The notes: generated from the sequence alone by a model not told the origin. 64,000 bases of DNA from Candidatus Eiseniibacteriota bacterium (GCA_043809585.1 JBDROZ010000052.1:1-64000), one strand, 5' to 3'. Positions 46,613-56,409 are shown, counted from the first letter of the stretch. Made by a program: numbers and translations.

Positions 46613-46634
46613 AACCGATCCCGGCCGAAGCGGA

Positions 46635-46664
46635 TTGGATTCGGCCCGGAACCTCCCTTATAAT
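46635..46664 (+). promoter_or_regulatory. sigma70-type promoter for the aconitase-prpD-pgi-glk genes
   Basis: Perfect TATAAT at 46659-46664 with a weak -35 (TTGGAT). Confidence 0.5.
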
Positions 46665-46714
46665 CTTCGGAAGCAGGGCGGGGCAGCGCCGGCGGAGTCC
46701 GGCGGAGGTGCATC

Positions 46715-48655
46715 ATGAGACAGAATCGAGTCGAGAAGATCGCCGAGAGGTTCGCGGTCGGATTGCCGGAGGGGTTTCGCGTCCACTCGGGGGATTTCGT
46801 GACGGTACGGCCGAAGCACGTGATGACCCACGACAATTCGGGCGCGGTGATTCCCAAGTTCAAGTCCATGGGGGCGAAGAGGGTGTTCGACCCCGCCCAG
46901 CCGGTGTTCATTCTCGATCACGACGTGCAGAACGAGAGCGTGGAGAACCTCGCGAAGTACGCCGCGATCGAGAGGTTCGCGAAGGAGAACGGCATCGCCT
47001 TCTTCCCCGCGAGGAGCGGCATCGGCCACCAGATCATGGCGGAGGAGGGCTTCGTTCTCCCCGGGACGATGGTGGTCGGATCGGACTCCCACTCGAACCT
47101 CTACGGCGGCCTCGGCGCCCTCGGGACGCCGGTGGTGCGGACCGACGCGGCGGCGATCTGGGCGACCGGGGAGACCTGGTGGCAGGTGCCGGACGTGGTC
47201 AAAGTGAATCTGACCGGTTCGCTCCGGCCCGGCGTGTCGGGGAAGGACGTGATCATCTCCCTCATCGGGCATTTCAAGAGCGACGAGGTGCTGAACTCGG
47301 CCCTCGAGTTCGGCGGCGACGGCGTGGCGTACCTCTCCGTCGACCAACGCCTCGCCGTGGCGAACATGAGCACCGAGTGGGGGGCTCTGGTCGGGCTCTT
47401 CCCCTTCGACGGCGTCGCGAGGGAATGGTTCTACGCCCGGGCGGAAGTCCAGAGGTCCCGGGGGGACCGAAACCCCCGCCTCACCCGGGAGATCGTGGAC
47501 CGGTACGGGGCCGAATCGCCCGAGGCGGACGAGGACGCGTTCTACGCCAAGGAGATCACCTTCGATCTCGGCTCCGTGACGCCCCACGTGGCGGGACCGA
47601 ACGAGGTGAAGAAGATCACCCCCCTCCCGGTGATCGAGGCGGAAAAGGTCGCCATCCAGAAGGCCTATCTTCTCAGCTGCGTGAACGGACGGCTCGAGGA
47701 TATCGCCGAGGCGGCGCGGGTGGTGAAAGGGAAGAAGATCGCGGCGGGCGTGAAGATGTACATGGCCGCCGCGTCGGCCGGCATCGAAGCCGAGGCCCGG
47801 CGTCTCGGCCACTGGGACGCCCTGCTCCAGGCGGGCGCCATCCCCCTTCCGCCCGGCTGCGGGCCGTGCATCGGCCTCGGCGAGGGGACCCTCGAAAAGG
47901 GGGAGACGGGCGTCTCGGCGACGAACCGGAACTTCAAGGGACGCATGGGCGATCCGAGCGCGATGGCGTACCTCGCCTCTCCGGCGGTGGTCGCCGCCTC
48001 CGCCCTCGCCGGGCACATTGCCGCCCCGGAGCGTCACGAGGCGGCTCCCCTCGTGGGCGCGATCCGGGAAAACGAGCCCCCCGCCCGGGCCGCCGGGAAG
48101 GTCGAGATCCGCGAGGGATTCCCGAAGAACGTGGAGGGGAGGCTCCTCCTGGTGCCGAAGGACAATCTGAACACCGACGGCATCTACGGCAAGGACTTCA
48201 CCTATCGGGACGACATGACGCCCGAGGCGATGGGCAAGGTCGCGATGGAGAACTACGACCCGAAGTTCCAGGAGATCGCCCGGGAGGGGGATATCCTCGT
48301 CGGCGGCTGGAATTTCGGCAGCGGCTCCTCGAGGGAGCAGGCCGCGACGGCGCTGAAGTTCCGGGGCATCCGCCTCGTCATCGCCGGCTCCTACTCGCAA
48401 ACGTACAAGCGGAACGCGTTCAACAACGGGTTCATCGTCATCGAGAGCCCCGAGATGGTCCGGGAGCTCCGGAAGCGGTTCGAAGAGAGGCCCGAGGCGA
48501 CCATCGACACCGCCCTCGAGGCGAAAGTCGATTTCGAGAGCACGACGATCACCCTGGAGGGGAAGACCTACGGGTTCTCCCCTCTCCGGGAGGTGGCTCA
48601 GGAGCTCGTCGCCCTCGGGGGTTTCGAGAACGTGCTCCGGAAGAAAATTCAATAG
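46715..48655 (+). CDS. lysF: Single-chain homoaconitase-like aconitase (fungal Lys4/LysF type)
   Basis: THDNS, LDHDVQN, GIGHQIM, SDSHSN, GTPVVRTDAAAIWATGETWWQ, SCVN, GCGPCIG, TNRNFKGRMG; fused swivel domain NTDGIY, NFGSGSSREQA. Confidence 0.8.
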   Translation: MRQNRVEKIAERFAVGLPEGFRVHSGDFVTVRPKHVMTHDNSGAVIPKFKSMGAKRVFDPAQPVFILDHDVQNESVENLAKYAAIERFAKENGIAFFPARSGIGHQIMAEEGFVLPGTMVVGSDSHSNLYGGLGALGTPVVRTDAAAIWATGETWWQVPDVVKVNLTGSLRPGVSGKDVIISLIGHFKSDEVLNSALEFGGDGVAYLSVDQRLAVANMSTEWGALVGLFPFDGVAREWFYARAEVQRSRGDRNPRLTREIVDRYGAESPEADEDAFYAKEITFDLGSVTPHVAGPNEVKKITPLPVIEAEKVAIQKAYLLSCVNGRLEDIAEAARVVKGKKIAAGVKMYMAAASAGIEAEARRLGHWDALLQAGAIPLPPGCGPCIGLGEGTLEKGETGVSATNRNFKGRMGDPSAMAYLASPAVVAASALAGHIAAPERHEAAPLVGAIRENEPPARAAGKVEIREGFPKNVEGRLLLVPKDNLNTDGIYGKDFTYRDDMTPEAMGKVAMENYDPKFQEIAREGDILVGGWNFGSGSSREQAATALKFRGIRLVIAGSYSQTYKRNAFNNGFIVIESPEMVRELRKRFEERPEATIDTALEAKVDFESTTITLEGKTYGFSPLREVAQELVALGGFENVLRKKIQ

Positions 48656-48731
48656 TCCTGATCCCCCCGCGTGAATCACCGGTTCCCGCCGCCCGGCGTC
48701 GATCGGGCGGGACGAAGGAAAGGGATCGTCC

Positions 48732-50108
48732 ATGGCCGAGTTCCTTTCGCGCACCCTTGCCGAGTGGGCCGGCGCGGTTCGATACGAGGACCTCGACGCC
48801 GAGGCCGTGGAGGCGGCGAAGCGCATCCTCTACGATTCGATCGGGTGCGCCTTCGGCGGCGCCCTCACCCGCGACTGCCGCATCGTGGCGGACCACTACC
48901 GGGAAAAAGGCGCGAAGGGGAACTGCACCGTCTTCGTGAGCGGAATGAAGACCCACGCCGAGGAGGCGTCCTTCCTGAACGCCCTGATGATCCGGGCGAT
49001 GGACTACAACGACATCTACTGGAAGCAGGACCCGTCCCACCCGAGCGACATCATCCCCGCCGCGATCGCGGTCTGCGAGCGGGAGGGGCTTTCGGGGCGG
49101 GACCTGATCCTCGGGATCGTTCTCGGGCACGAGGTGGAGATGCGGCTCTGTGAGTTCGCCATTCCCGGCATCCGGGAGAGGGGCTGGCACCACGCGACGC
49201 TCACCGCCTACGCTTCCCCCCTTGTGGCGGGCCGCCTGCTCGGGCTCTCCCCGGACGAGATGGGGCACGCCCTCGGCATCTCGGCGTGCCGTCACTTCAC
49301 CCTCGGCGCGGCGGTGGCGGGCAGGCTCTCGATGATGAAGAACACCGTCGATCCCATGGCGACCCGGGCGGGCGTGGAGGGGGCGCTCCTCGCGAAGCGG
49401 GGCTACACGGGGCCGGAGAACGTGCTCGACGGCAAGGAAGGGATGTTCCACTGCCTCGGGCCCGATTGGGACGTGTCGAAGCTCGTCGGCGCTCTCGGCG
49501 ACGGCTGGAAGATCGCCGAGTGCGGCATGAAGGCGTTCCCGACCGAGGCACTCACCCACGCGCCGATCACGGCGACCCTCTTTCTGATCAAAGAGAACGA
49601 CCTCGCGCCGGAGGAGGTGAAGGAGGTCCGCATCCAGACCCTGGCCCGGGCGGCGGACATCCTCTCGGACCCGTCCAAGTACGATCCCCGGTCGAAAGAG
49701 ACGGCGGACCACTCGCTCCCCTACTGCATCGCCGCGGCGATCACCGATAGGAAGGTGACGCCCGAGCAGTTCGAGGAGGAGAAGATCTTCGACCCCACGC
49801 TCCGGGCCCAGCTCCCGAAGATCAAGGTGATCGCGAAACCCGAGTTCGAAAAACTCTTTCCGAAGATCCAGCCGTGCCGGGTGGAGGTGGAGACCGTGGA
49901 CGGGACGGTGTTCGAACGGCGGATCGACATCCCCAAAGGGGACCCCCGGGACCCGATGACCCCGGACGAGCTGACCGACAAGTTCGAGGCCCTCGCGTCC
50001 GCGTCGTTCACGAAGGAGCGGATGGAGGCCATCAAGAAGGCGGTGTTCGATCTCGACGGATGGGAGAGGGTCTCCGACTTCATGGCGCTCTGCGTCTCGG
50101 ACAGGTAG
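48732..50108 (+). CDS. MmgE/PrpD-family dehydratase (2-methylcitrate dehydratase-like)
   Basis: RAMDYND, SHPSDII, GRLSMMK, KETADHSLPY, PKGDPRDP. Confidence 0.9.
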   Translation: MAEFLSRTLAEWAGAVRYEDLDAEAVEAAKRILYDSIGCAFGGALTRDCRIVADHYREKGAKGNCTVFVSGMKTHAEEASFLNALMIRAMDYNDIYWKQDPSHPSDIIPAAIAVCEREGLSGRDLILGIVLGHEVEMRLCEFAIPGIRERGWHHATLTAYASPLVAGRLLGLSPDEMGHALGISACRHFTLGAAVAGRLSMMKNTVDPMATRAGVEGALLAKRGYTGPENVLDGKEGMFHCLGPDWDVSKLVGALGDGWKIAECGMKAFPTEALTHAPITATLFLIKENDLAPEEVKEVRIQTLARAADILSDPSKYDPRSKETADHSLPYCIAAAITDRKVTPEQFEEEKIFDPTLRAQLPKIKVIAKPEFEKLFPKIQPCRVEVETVDGTVFERRIDIPKGDPRDPMTPDELTDKFEALASASFTKERMEAIKKAVFDLDGWERVSDFMALCVSDR

Positions 50109-50131
50109 GATTCGTCCGGTCTGGAGGAGCG

Positions 50132-51808
50132 ATGAGCAGTTTTGCGGCGCCCCGGGCGCTCGCCGACCGGGTGGGCGCGCGGCTCGAGGAACTCGATCGA
50201 TCCCGCTTCGTCCCCCGGCTGTGGGAGAAGGATCCCTCCCTCTGGAAGGAGGACGGCGCCCACCGGAAGGTGATCGGAAACCGTCTCGGGTGGCTCTCTT
50301 CGGTCCGGAGCATGGAGCCGGAACTCGAGGGGGTTCGAGCCTTCGCGGAGGAGGCGCGGGCCGATTTCCGAAGGGCCCTCCTCCTCGGCATGGGGGGATC
50401 GAGCCTCTGTCCCGAAGTGCTCGCGAAGACATTCGGCGCCGCCGAGGGGGCCCTCGATCTTCGCATCCTCGACTCCACCGATCCGGCGGCGGTTTCGGAG
50501 GCGGCCGCATGGGCGGAGGAGGAGAAGACCCTCTTCATCGTCGCCTCCAAGTCGGGGGGGACGGCGGAGGTCGACGCCTTCCGGCGTTTCTTCACGGAAC
50601 GGGTGAAAGATCCGGCTCGTTTCATCGCGATCACCGATCCGGGATCCCCGCTGGAGGCCCTCGCGACGGGGGAGGGGTACCGACGGGTCTTCCTGAACCC
50701 GCCCGACATCGGCGGCCGCTTTTCGGCCCTTTCGTTTTTCGGGCTCGTTCCCGCGGCGCTCCTCGGGCTCGATCCGGGCCGGCTGCTCGATCGCGCCGCG
50801 GCGATGACCGAATCGTGCGGTCCGGACCGGGCGCCCGCGATGAACCCGGGCGTCCACCTCGGTGTCTTTCTCGCCGAAGCGGCTCTGATGGGCCGGGACA
50901 AGATGACGCTCCTCTTCTCCGACCGCCTCGCCCCTCTCGGGACCTGGGTGGAGCAGCTCGTCGCCGAGAGCACGGGCAAAGAGGGGAAGGGAATCGTCCC
51001 GGTCGACCTCGAACCGGCCGGAGAGGCGGAGGAGTACGGGAGCGACCGGCTCTTCGTGTGCGTCCGGATCGAGGGAGAGCCGGGCCGTGAGGGGGAGGCG
51101 AGGCGGTTCGAGGGGGCGGGGCACCCGGTGGCGCGGATCGAGCTGGCGGACGAGTACGGGCTCGGCGCGGAGTTCTTCCGGTGGGAGGTCGCCACGGCGG
51201 CGGCGTGCGCCGTTCTCGGCGTGAACGCCTTCGACGAGCCGAACGTGAAGGAGAGCAAGGAGGAGACGAATCGTCTTCTCGCCGCTTTCGCGGAGAGGGG
51301 CGCCCTCGGCGAGGGGACGCCCGCGGCGGAGGACGGGGGGATGGCCCTCTACACGGATGGCGCCTCGGACGGTCCCGCGGGAGACGTGGACTTCCTCGTC
51401 CGGACCCACCTCGCCCGGGCGGGGGAGGGGGACTACCTCGCTTTCCTCGCCTACGCGCACGGCACGGACGAAATCGCGGCCCTTCTCGGCGGTCTCCGCG
51501 CCGGGGCGCGCAAGAAGACGGGTCTCGCCACCTCCGGCGGTTTCGGACCCCGCTTCCTCCACTCCACGGGCCAGCTCTTCAAAGGAGGACCGAACGGGGC
51601 GGTGGTTTTCCAGATCACCTGCGACGACGGCTCGGATCTTCCGATCCCCGGCCTGCCTCACACATTCGGCGTACTCAAGAACGCCCAAGCCCTCGGGGAC
51701 CTCGCCGCGCTCCGGGCCCACGGCCGGCGCGCGCTCCGCTGCCACGTCCGGGGGGACGTCGCCGCGGGGCTCCGGCGGCTCACGCGTGTCGTGGGAGCAG
51801 GCATGTGA
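50132..51808 (+). CDS. pgi: Glucose-6-phosphate isomerase (type seen in Tal-Pgi fusions, here stand-alone)
   Basis: NRLGWL, GMGGSSL, ASKSGGT, IGGRFSALS, EQLVAESTGK, FDEPNV, HSTGQLFKGG. Confidence 0.88.
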   Translation: MSSFAAPRALADRVGARLEELDRSRFVPRLWEKDPSLWKEDGAHRKVIGNRLGWLSSVRSMEPELEGVRAFAEEARADFRRALLLGMGGSSLCPEVLAKTFGAAEGALDLRILDSTDPAAVSEAAAWAEEEKTLFIVASKSGGTAEVDAFRRFFTERVKDPARFIAITDPGSPLEALATGEGYRRVFLNPPDIGGRFSALSFFGLVPAALLGLDPGRLLDRAAAMTESCGPDRAPAMNPGVHLGVFLAEAALMGRDKMTLLFSDRLAPLGTWVEQLVAESTGKEGKGIVPVDLEPAGEAEEYGSDRLFVCVRIEGEPGREGEARRFEGAGHPVARIELADEYGLGAEFFRWEVATAAACAVLGVNAFDEPNVKESKEETNRLLAAFAERGALGEGTPAAEDGGMALYTDGASDGPAGDVDFLVRTHLARAGEGDYLAFLAYAHGTDEIAALLGGLRAGARKKTGLATSGGFGPRFLHSTGQLFKGGPNGAVVFQITCDDGSDLPIPGLPHTFGVLKNAQALGDLAALRAHGRRALRCHVRGDVAAGLRRLTRVVGAGM

Positions 51809-52788
51809 GAATTCTCGCGGGAGACGTAGGCGGAACGAAGACCCTGCTCGCCCTCGTGGAGCGGGAAGGGGAGAAGTTCCGGGTGCTCCGGGAGGAGCGC
51901 TTCGAAAGCCGCCACGACGAGACCCTCGCCGGAATCGTGAACCGCTTTCTGGAGGGGGAACGGGAGCGGCCCGACCGGGCGTGTGTCGGCGTCGCCGCCC
52001 CGGTGACGGGGAACGAAGTGGTCGGCACCAACCTCCCCTGGACGATCGACCGGATCTCCATCGGCGCGGAGATCGGAATCCTCCGTACGGCGATCATCAA
52101 CGATTTCGACGCGGTCGGCTACGGCATCGCGCATCTCGCGGAGGCGGATTTCCTCGAGCTTCAACAGGGAACCACGACGCCCCAAGGGCCGATCGCCCTC
52201 CTCGGCGCCGGCACCGGCCTCGGCGAGGCATTCCTCCTCTGGGAGGGGGGGCGCTACCGGGTGCACCCGACCGAGGGGGGGCACGCCGACTTCGCCCCCC
52301 GGAACGCCCTCGAGTTCGGGCTCTTTCTCCATCTCCGGGAGCGGCTGAAGGGGCGGGTCTCGGTGGAGCGGGTCCTCTCGGGAAGCGGGCTCGCGGCGAT
52401 TTACGACTACCTGGTGGAACGGGACATCGCGCCGGACGACGCTTCGGTCCGGACCGAGATGGAGAGGGAGGACCCGGCGGCGGTCGTCTCCCGGGCGGCC
52501 CTCGAGAAGCGGAGCGAGGCGTGCGTCCGGGCCCTCGATCTTTTCACCGCGGTCTATGGATCGGAAGCCGGAAATCACGCCCTCCGCATCCTCGCCACCG
52601 GCGGCGTATACGTCGGCGGCGGCATCGCCCCGAAAATCGCCGAGAAGCTCGAAGACGGCACGTTCATGAGCCACTTCCTCGACAAGGGCCGGTTCTCCCC
52701 CTTCCTCGAAACGCTCCCGGTTCGGGTGATCCTCTCCTCCCGGGCCCCTCTCCTCGGCGCGGCGAGCGTGGCGGCGCGGCTTCCCTGA
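51805..52788 (+). CDS. glk: Glucokinase
   Basis: LAGDVGGTKT, TNLPW, INDF, GAGTGLG, EGGHADF, SVERVLSG, GGVYVGGGIAP, FLDKGRF; GTGA overlap with pgi. Confidence 0.94.
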   Translation: MRILAGDVGGTKTLLALVEREGEKFRVLREERFESRHDETLAGIVNRFLEGERERPDRACVGVAAPVTGNEVVGTNLPWTIDRISIGAEIGILRTAIINDFDAVGYGIAHLAEADFLELQQGTTTPQGPIALLGAGTGLGEAFLLWEGGRYRVHPTEGGHADFAPRNALEFGLFLHLRERLKGRVSVERVLSGSGLAAIYDYLVERDIAPDDASVRTEMEREDPAAVVSRAALEKRSEACVRALDLFTAVYGSEAGNHALRILATGGVYVGGGIAPKIAEKLEDGTFMSHFLDKGRFSPFLETLPVRVILSSRAPLLGAASVAARLP

Positions 52789-52927
52789 TTCCCTTTTCGA
52801 AGCCCCCCCCTGGCGCGCCGCCCCCTCCGGTCCTATCTTGGCCTTGGGTGGAGGTGCGGTGTCGCCGTCCGTCCCGTCGGAACGAACTCGAGACCCACGA
52901 CCCATTGAAATAAGGAGTGAAACGACC

Positions 52928-53392
52928 ATGGCCGTGAAAGAACTGAAGATCGGGAACAAGGCCCCCGCGTTCACCGCCGGGACCGACACGGGCGAGAAGG
53001 TGAGCCTCTCGGACTACCTGGGGAAGAAGGTCATTCTCTTCTTCTATCCGAAAGACAACACCCCGGGATGCACCAAGCAGGCATGCGGCTTCCGGGACCG
53101 GGCGAAGGAGGCGGGGAAGAAGAACGCCGTCATTCTCGGGGTCAGCCCGGACGGCGAGAAGAGCCACGTCAAGTTCAAGGAGAAGTTCGGCCTCCCTTAC
53201 ACGCTCCTCGTGGACGACGACCACGCCGTCGCCGAGAAGTACGGCGTCTGGCAGGAGAAGTCGATGTACGGGCGGAAGTACATGGGGATGGTCCGGAGCC
53301 ACTTCGTCATCGACGAAGAGGGGAAGCTGATCGACGTCCGCGTGAAGGTGAAACCCGAGGAGAGCGTCGAAACGGCGCTGGAAGCGCTCTGA
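52928..53392 (+). CDS. bcp: Peroxiredoxin Q / Bcp
   Basis: FYPKDNTPGCTKQAC, EKSMYGRKYMG. Confidence 0.95.
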   Translation: MAVKELKIGNKAPAFTAGTDTGEKVSLSDYLGKKVILFFYPKDNTPGCTKQACGFRDRAKEAGKKNAVILGVSPDGEKSHVKFKEKFGLPYTLLVDDDHAVAEKYGVWQEKSMYGRKYMGMVRSHFVIDEEGKLIDVRVKVKPEESVETALEAL

Positions 53393-53430
53393 CCAATCCG
53401 GAAGATGGCCGCCGCGGACCCTGCTGAGGG

Positions 53431-53626
53431 TTAACCTTGATCTTTCATAAAATCTCGGCTCAAAACGCTGACGCTCGCATGATAGCACGCCATCTGCGAC
53501 AGGGCGCGGCATTCACCAATGCTCACATATCGTTGGATATGCTCTGCTTGGTGAATGCTGCGCGCTGCCGCATCTGACGCACTCTCACGCGTTTGCTCTC
53601 GAGATTTTATGAAAGATCAAGGTTAA
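53431..53626. mobile_element. MITE-like element A, copy 2 (inverted relative to copy 1)
   Basis: Identical 27-bp termini TTAACCTTGATCTTTCATAAAATCTCG; interior aligns to the reverse complement of 39906-40100. Confidence 0.92.
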
Positions 53627-53708
53627 TTGGGGACAGTCACCTATAAGAAGCGGGTCTTCATGCTGAATTGTCCATGTGGCGCCCAAATAGGTGACTGTCC
53701 CTAATTAA
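53623..53708. mobile_element. MITE/REP-like element B, copy 2, sharing a TTAA with element A
   Basis: TTAATTGGGGACAGTCACCTAT...ATAGGTGACTGTCCCTAATTAA; loop homologous to 5645-5677. Confidence 0.85.
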
Positions 53709-53828
53709 ATGAGAGATCTCCTTCGGTACCAGATACCTTATTGCTCGCTTCGCTCGCGAAGAGAAAACCATAAACCGAGGGGGGGACCGATCCACTTCAG
53801 ATGAAGCGAGCCCGCCTTGCGTGGGCCC

Positions 53829-56225
53829 TTACCCCTCCAGCCCGAGCCGACGGCGGATCTTGATGAAGTCGTAGCGCTCCGCCTCGGGGAGGCGGTTCTC
53901 GAAGTTCTCCATCTCCCGGAGGAGGAGGTCGACCTCGCGGCGCCCCTCTTTCGTCCCGATCGCCTCGCGGGGAGACTTTCCCTCGAGAGCGGGAAGGGAC
54001 TCGTCGATCCAGCCCCCGTAGTGCCGCTCTTTGAACTCCCGGAGAATCACCGCGTTCTCCGGAATGGGCGGAGGCTGGGTCTTCGGGCTCTTCCTCTCCG
54101 CCTCCTTCAAGAGAGCGACGGGGTCCGAGTGCTCCCGGACCTTGTGGCGGAGGAGGCCGCCCGAGGCTTCCTCGATCCGGGCTCGGAGCGAGTCGGCGCG
54201 CTTCACGGAGTTCGTTTCGAGACGGAGCTTCCCCTTCGACAGTACGGCCCGTCCGATGAGGATCGTTTCGTCTTTCCGGGCGCCCGCACGATGGAAGACG
54301 TAGGCATCCTCCGGATCGTCTGGGTCGGGGGGTTCCACATCCTCCAGATCGCACAGCCTCTCCTCGATCTCGGCGCGACCTCCAGGATCGAACTCGAAGT
54401 GATCGACCGTGAGAAGGAGCTCGTCGCCGTCGGTGTTCCGAAGCTCGGGGGGCACTGAGAAGCGGTGGTCGAGATCCTCCGCGGCCTCTTCCCAGCAGCG
54501 GATCATGTACCGGCCGATCTTCTCGGCCCGGAGGCGGTCGGCCGGGACCTCCCCCTTCCGGCGGAGCCTCTTCCGGACCTTCTCCACCACCGCCGCGGCA
54601 TCGCGGGGGGGGAGTAGTCGAGGGTGGAGACCGGAGAAAAGCGAGATCCTTCCGTGATCGACGATCCGGGCGAGGAGCGTGTCCCGAACAGCGAGCTCTT
54701 CGGTTCCGCTCCTCTCCATCACGAGGCGCTCCTCGCCGGAGAGAAGGTCCCGGACCCGGACCGAAGCCCCCGGCTCGACGTCAACGGCCTCCCAAATCGA
54801 GAGCCACGCCCGCCCCTCACCATCCAGAATCGCCCGGTCCTCGAAGGAGAGACGGGCACCCCTCTCTTCGCGGAACCACTCGGCCACCGTCTTCCCATCG
54901 ACGGTGAAGGAGAAGAGGGACCAGGGGACGGCGAGGCCGACCGCCTCGTCGGCGTCTGCGAACTCTTCCGTCTCAATCGACCATCGATCCCCGAAGCGCC
55001 GGAGGGCGAACCGGACCAATTCCTCGGCGAGCCTCCTGTCCGCCGCGTGGAGAGAGGCGGTGTGGTTCTCCTCCGCCGCGGCCGCTTCGTCCTTCCCGAG
55101 GCAGCATTTCTTGTACTTCTTGCCGCTCCCGCACGGGCAAGGAGCGTTCCGCGGCGCCTTCGGGCGGCCGCCGACGTGCCTGCCGGCCGATGCGGGATGG
55201 GCCTGGTTCACCTCGAAGAGATGGTCCGCCCCATACGGGACCGTGAATCGGACCTCGAGGTCGTCGTCGTTCAACCACGACTCGCAGATCGGCTCGAAGG
55301 AGGATTTCCGGAAAATGCTCCCGTGTTTCATGAGGAAAGCGGAGAGCGAGGTCGCGCAGGAGGCGGCGATTCGGACGTCCCTCTCCGTCAGGGGCCGGGG
55401 GAACCCGTCCCGCTCCCGCCGCTCCACGGTCGGGTAGGCGTCGGGGCCGGCGACCTTCCAGCCGTGCCTGGCGGCCTCGCGCCGCATCCCCTCCGGGAGG
55501 TCCGCCCCCCGCTCGAAGGTGAGAGAGAGGACGCTCGAACCGATATCGAAAGGCCCTTCTTCCGGAAGTGGGGACTCGCCCATGTGCCCGAACGCCTCGT
55601 AGGCCTGGAGGGATGGGAAGAGAAGAACTCCCCGGCTCTCCCCGAGGGCGCCGATGATCGAGAGGCACCAGCCATGCACATCGAGGGCGGGGATGTCGAC
55701 CCGGAGGACCTGATGGTCCTCCGCCGACTTCCAGGGGGCGAGCGCGTGGAGCGCCCGGCCGGCGCGAAAGAGGTCCTGTACAGCCTCCGGAGAGACGCGG
55801 CCCCCTTCGAAATAACTCGCTTTCTCCTCGCCGGCGCCCGGCCCGAAGCGGGCGAAGTCCTCCATTACCTCCGCGAGCTCGGGCGTCGGCGCGGTGGTCA
55901 CAGGGATCTCGGGAAACGCCTCCCGGAGTTCCGCCGCGAGCTCTTCGTTCTCGACCCGCACCCGCCTCGGCCGTCTCGGCCGGCCGGCCGCCGGCGCGTT
56001 CATCGCCTGTCTGAGTGTTTCGGCGAAGGGGACTTCAGGAGCTTTCGGGTCGCCGAGCGATACCCCGACGATGAAGCCTTCGGGGAGTTCGAGCCAAAGG
56101 ACGATCTCCGGCCGGTACGGCCCCCCTTCGGTGACGAAGAAGGGGGCGGCGAAACGTCCCCCGACCCACTCGGACCCATGGAGCTGCGGTTGGTGCTCGA
56201 GGCCGGTCTTTTTCGACGTCTTCAT
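53829..56225 (-). CDS. SEC-C zinc-binding motif multidomain protein with MbcA/ParS/Xre-like C-terminal domain
   Basis: RNAPCPCGSGKKYKKCC; C-terminal WIDESLPALEGKSPREA...VDLLLREME. Confidence 0.78.
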   Translation of the reverse strand: MKTSKKTGLEHQPQLHGSEWVGGRFAAPFFVTEGGPYRPEIVLWLELPEGFIVGVSLGDPKAPEVPFAETLRQAMNAPAAGRPRRPRRVRVENEELAAELREAFPEIPVTTAPTPELAEVMEDFARFGPGAGEEKASYFEGGRVSPEAVQDLFRAGRALHALAPWKSAEDHQVLRVDIPALDVHGWCLSIIGALGESRGVLLFPSLQAYEAFGHMGESPLPEEGPFDIGSSVLSLTFERGADLPEGMRREAARHGWKVAGPDAYPTVERRERDGFPRPLTERDVRIAASCATSLSAFLMKHGSIFRKSSFEPICESWLNDDDLEVRFTVPYGADHLFEVNQAHPASAGRHVGGRPKAPRNAPCPCGSGKKYKKCCLGKDEAAAAEENHTASLHAADRRLAEELVRFALRRFGDRWSIETEEFADADEAVGLAVPWSLFSFTVDGKTVAEWFREERGARLSFEDRAILDGEGRAWLSIWEAVDVEPGASVRVRDLLSGEERLVMERSGTEELAVRDTLLARIVDHGRISLFSGLHPRLLPPRDAAAVVEKVRKRLRRKGEVPADRLRAEKIGRYMIRCWEEAAEDLDHRFSVPPELRNTDGDELLLTVDHFEFDPGGRAEIEERLCDLEDVEPPDPDDPEDAYVFHRAGARKDETILIGRAVLSKGKLRLETNSVKRADSLRARIEEASGGLLRHKVREHSDPVALLKEAERKSPKTQPPPIPENAVILREFKERHYGGWIDESLPALEGKSPREAIGTKEGRREVDLLLREMENFENRLPEAERYDFIKIRRRLGLEG

Positions 56226-56409
56226 GGTTGCCCCGATCGTAGAGCCTCGTCGAGGCCGGATCAACCCCCGAAAGGGAGTCGCGGATCGCGTGGGACCGCT
56301 GTGCCCTACGGCTTCGTCGCGGCCCCGGCAAGCCCCAAGAGCGGCCCATTTCAATCCCTATAATATCAGTACGTTACGCTTGTGGGCATCCATGGGGCGC
56401 ATTTTTCTC

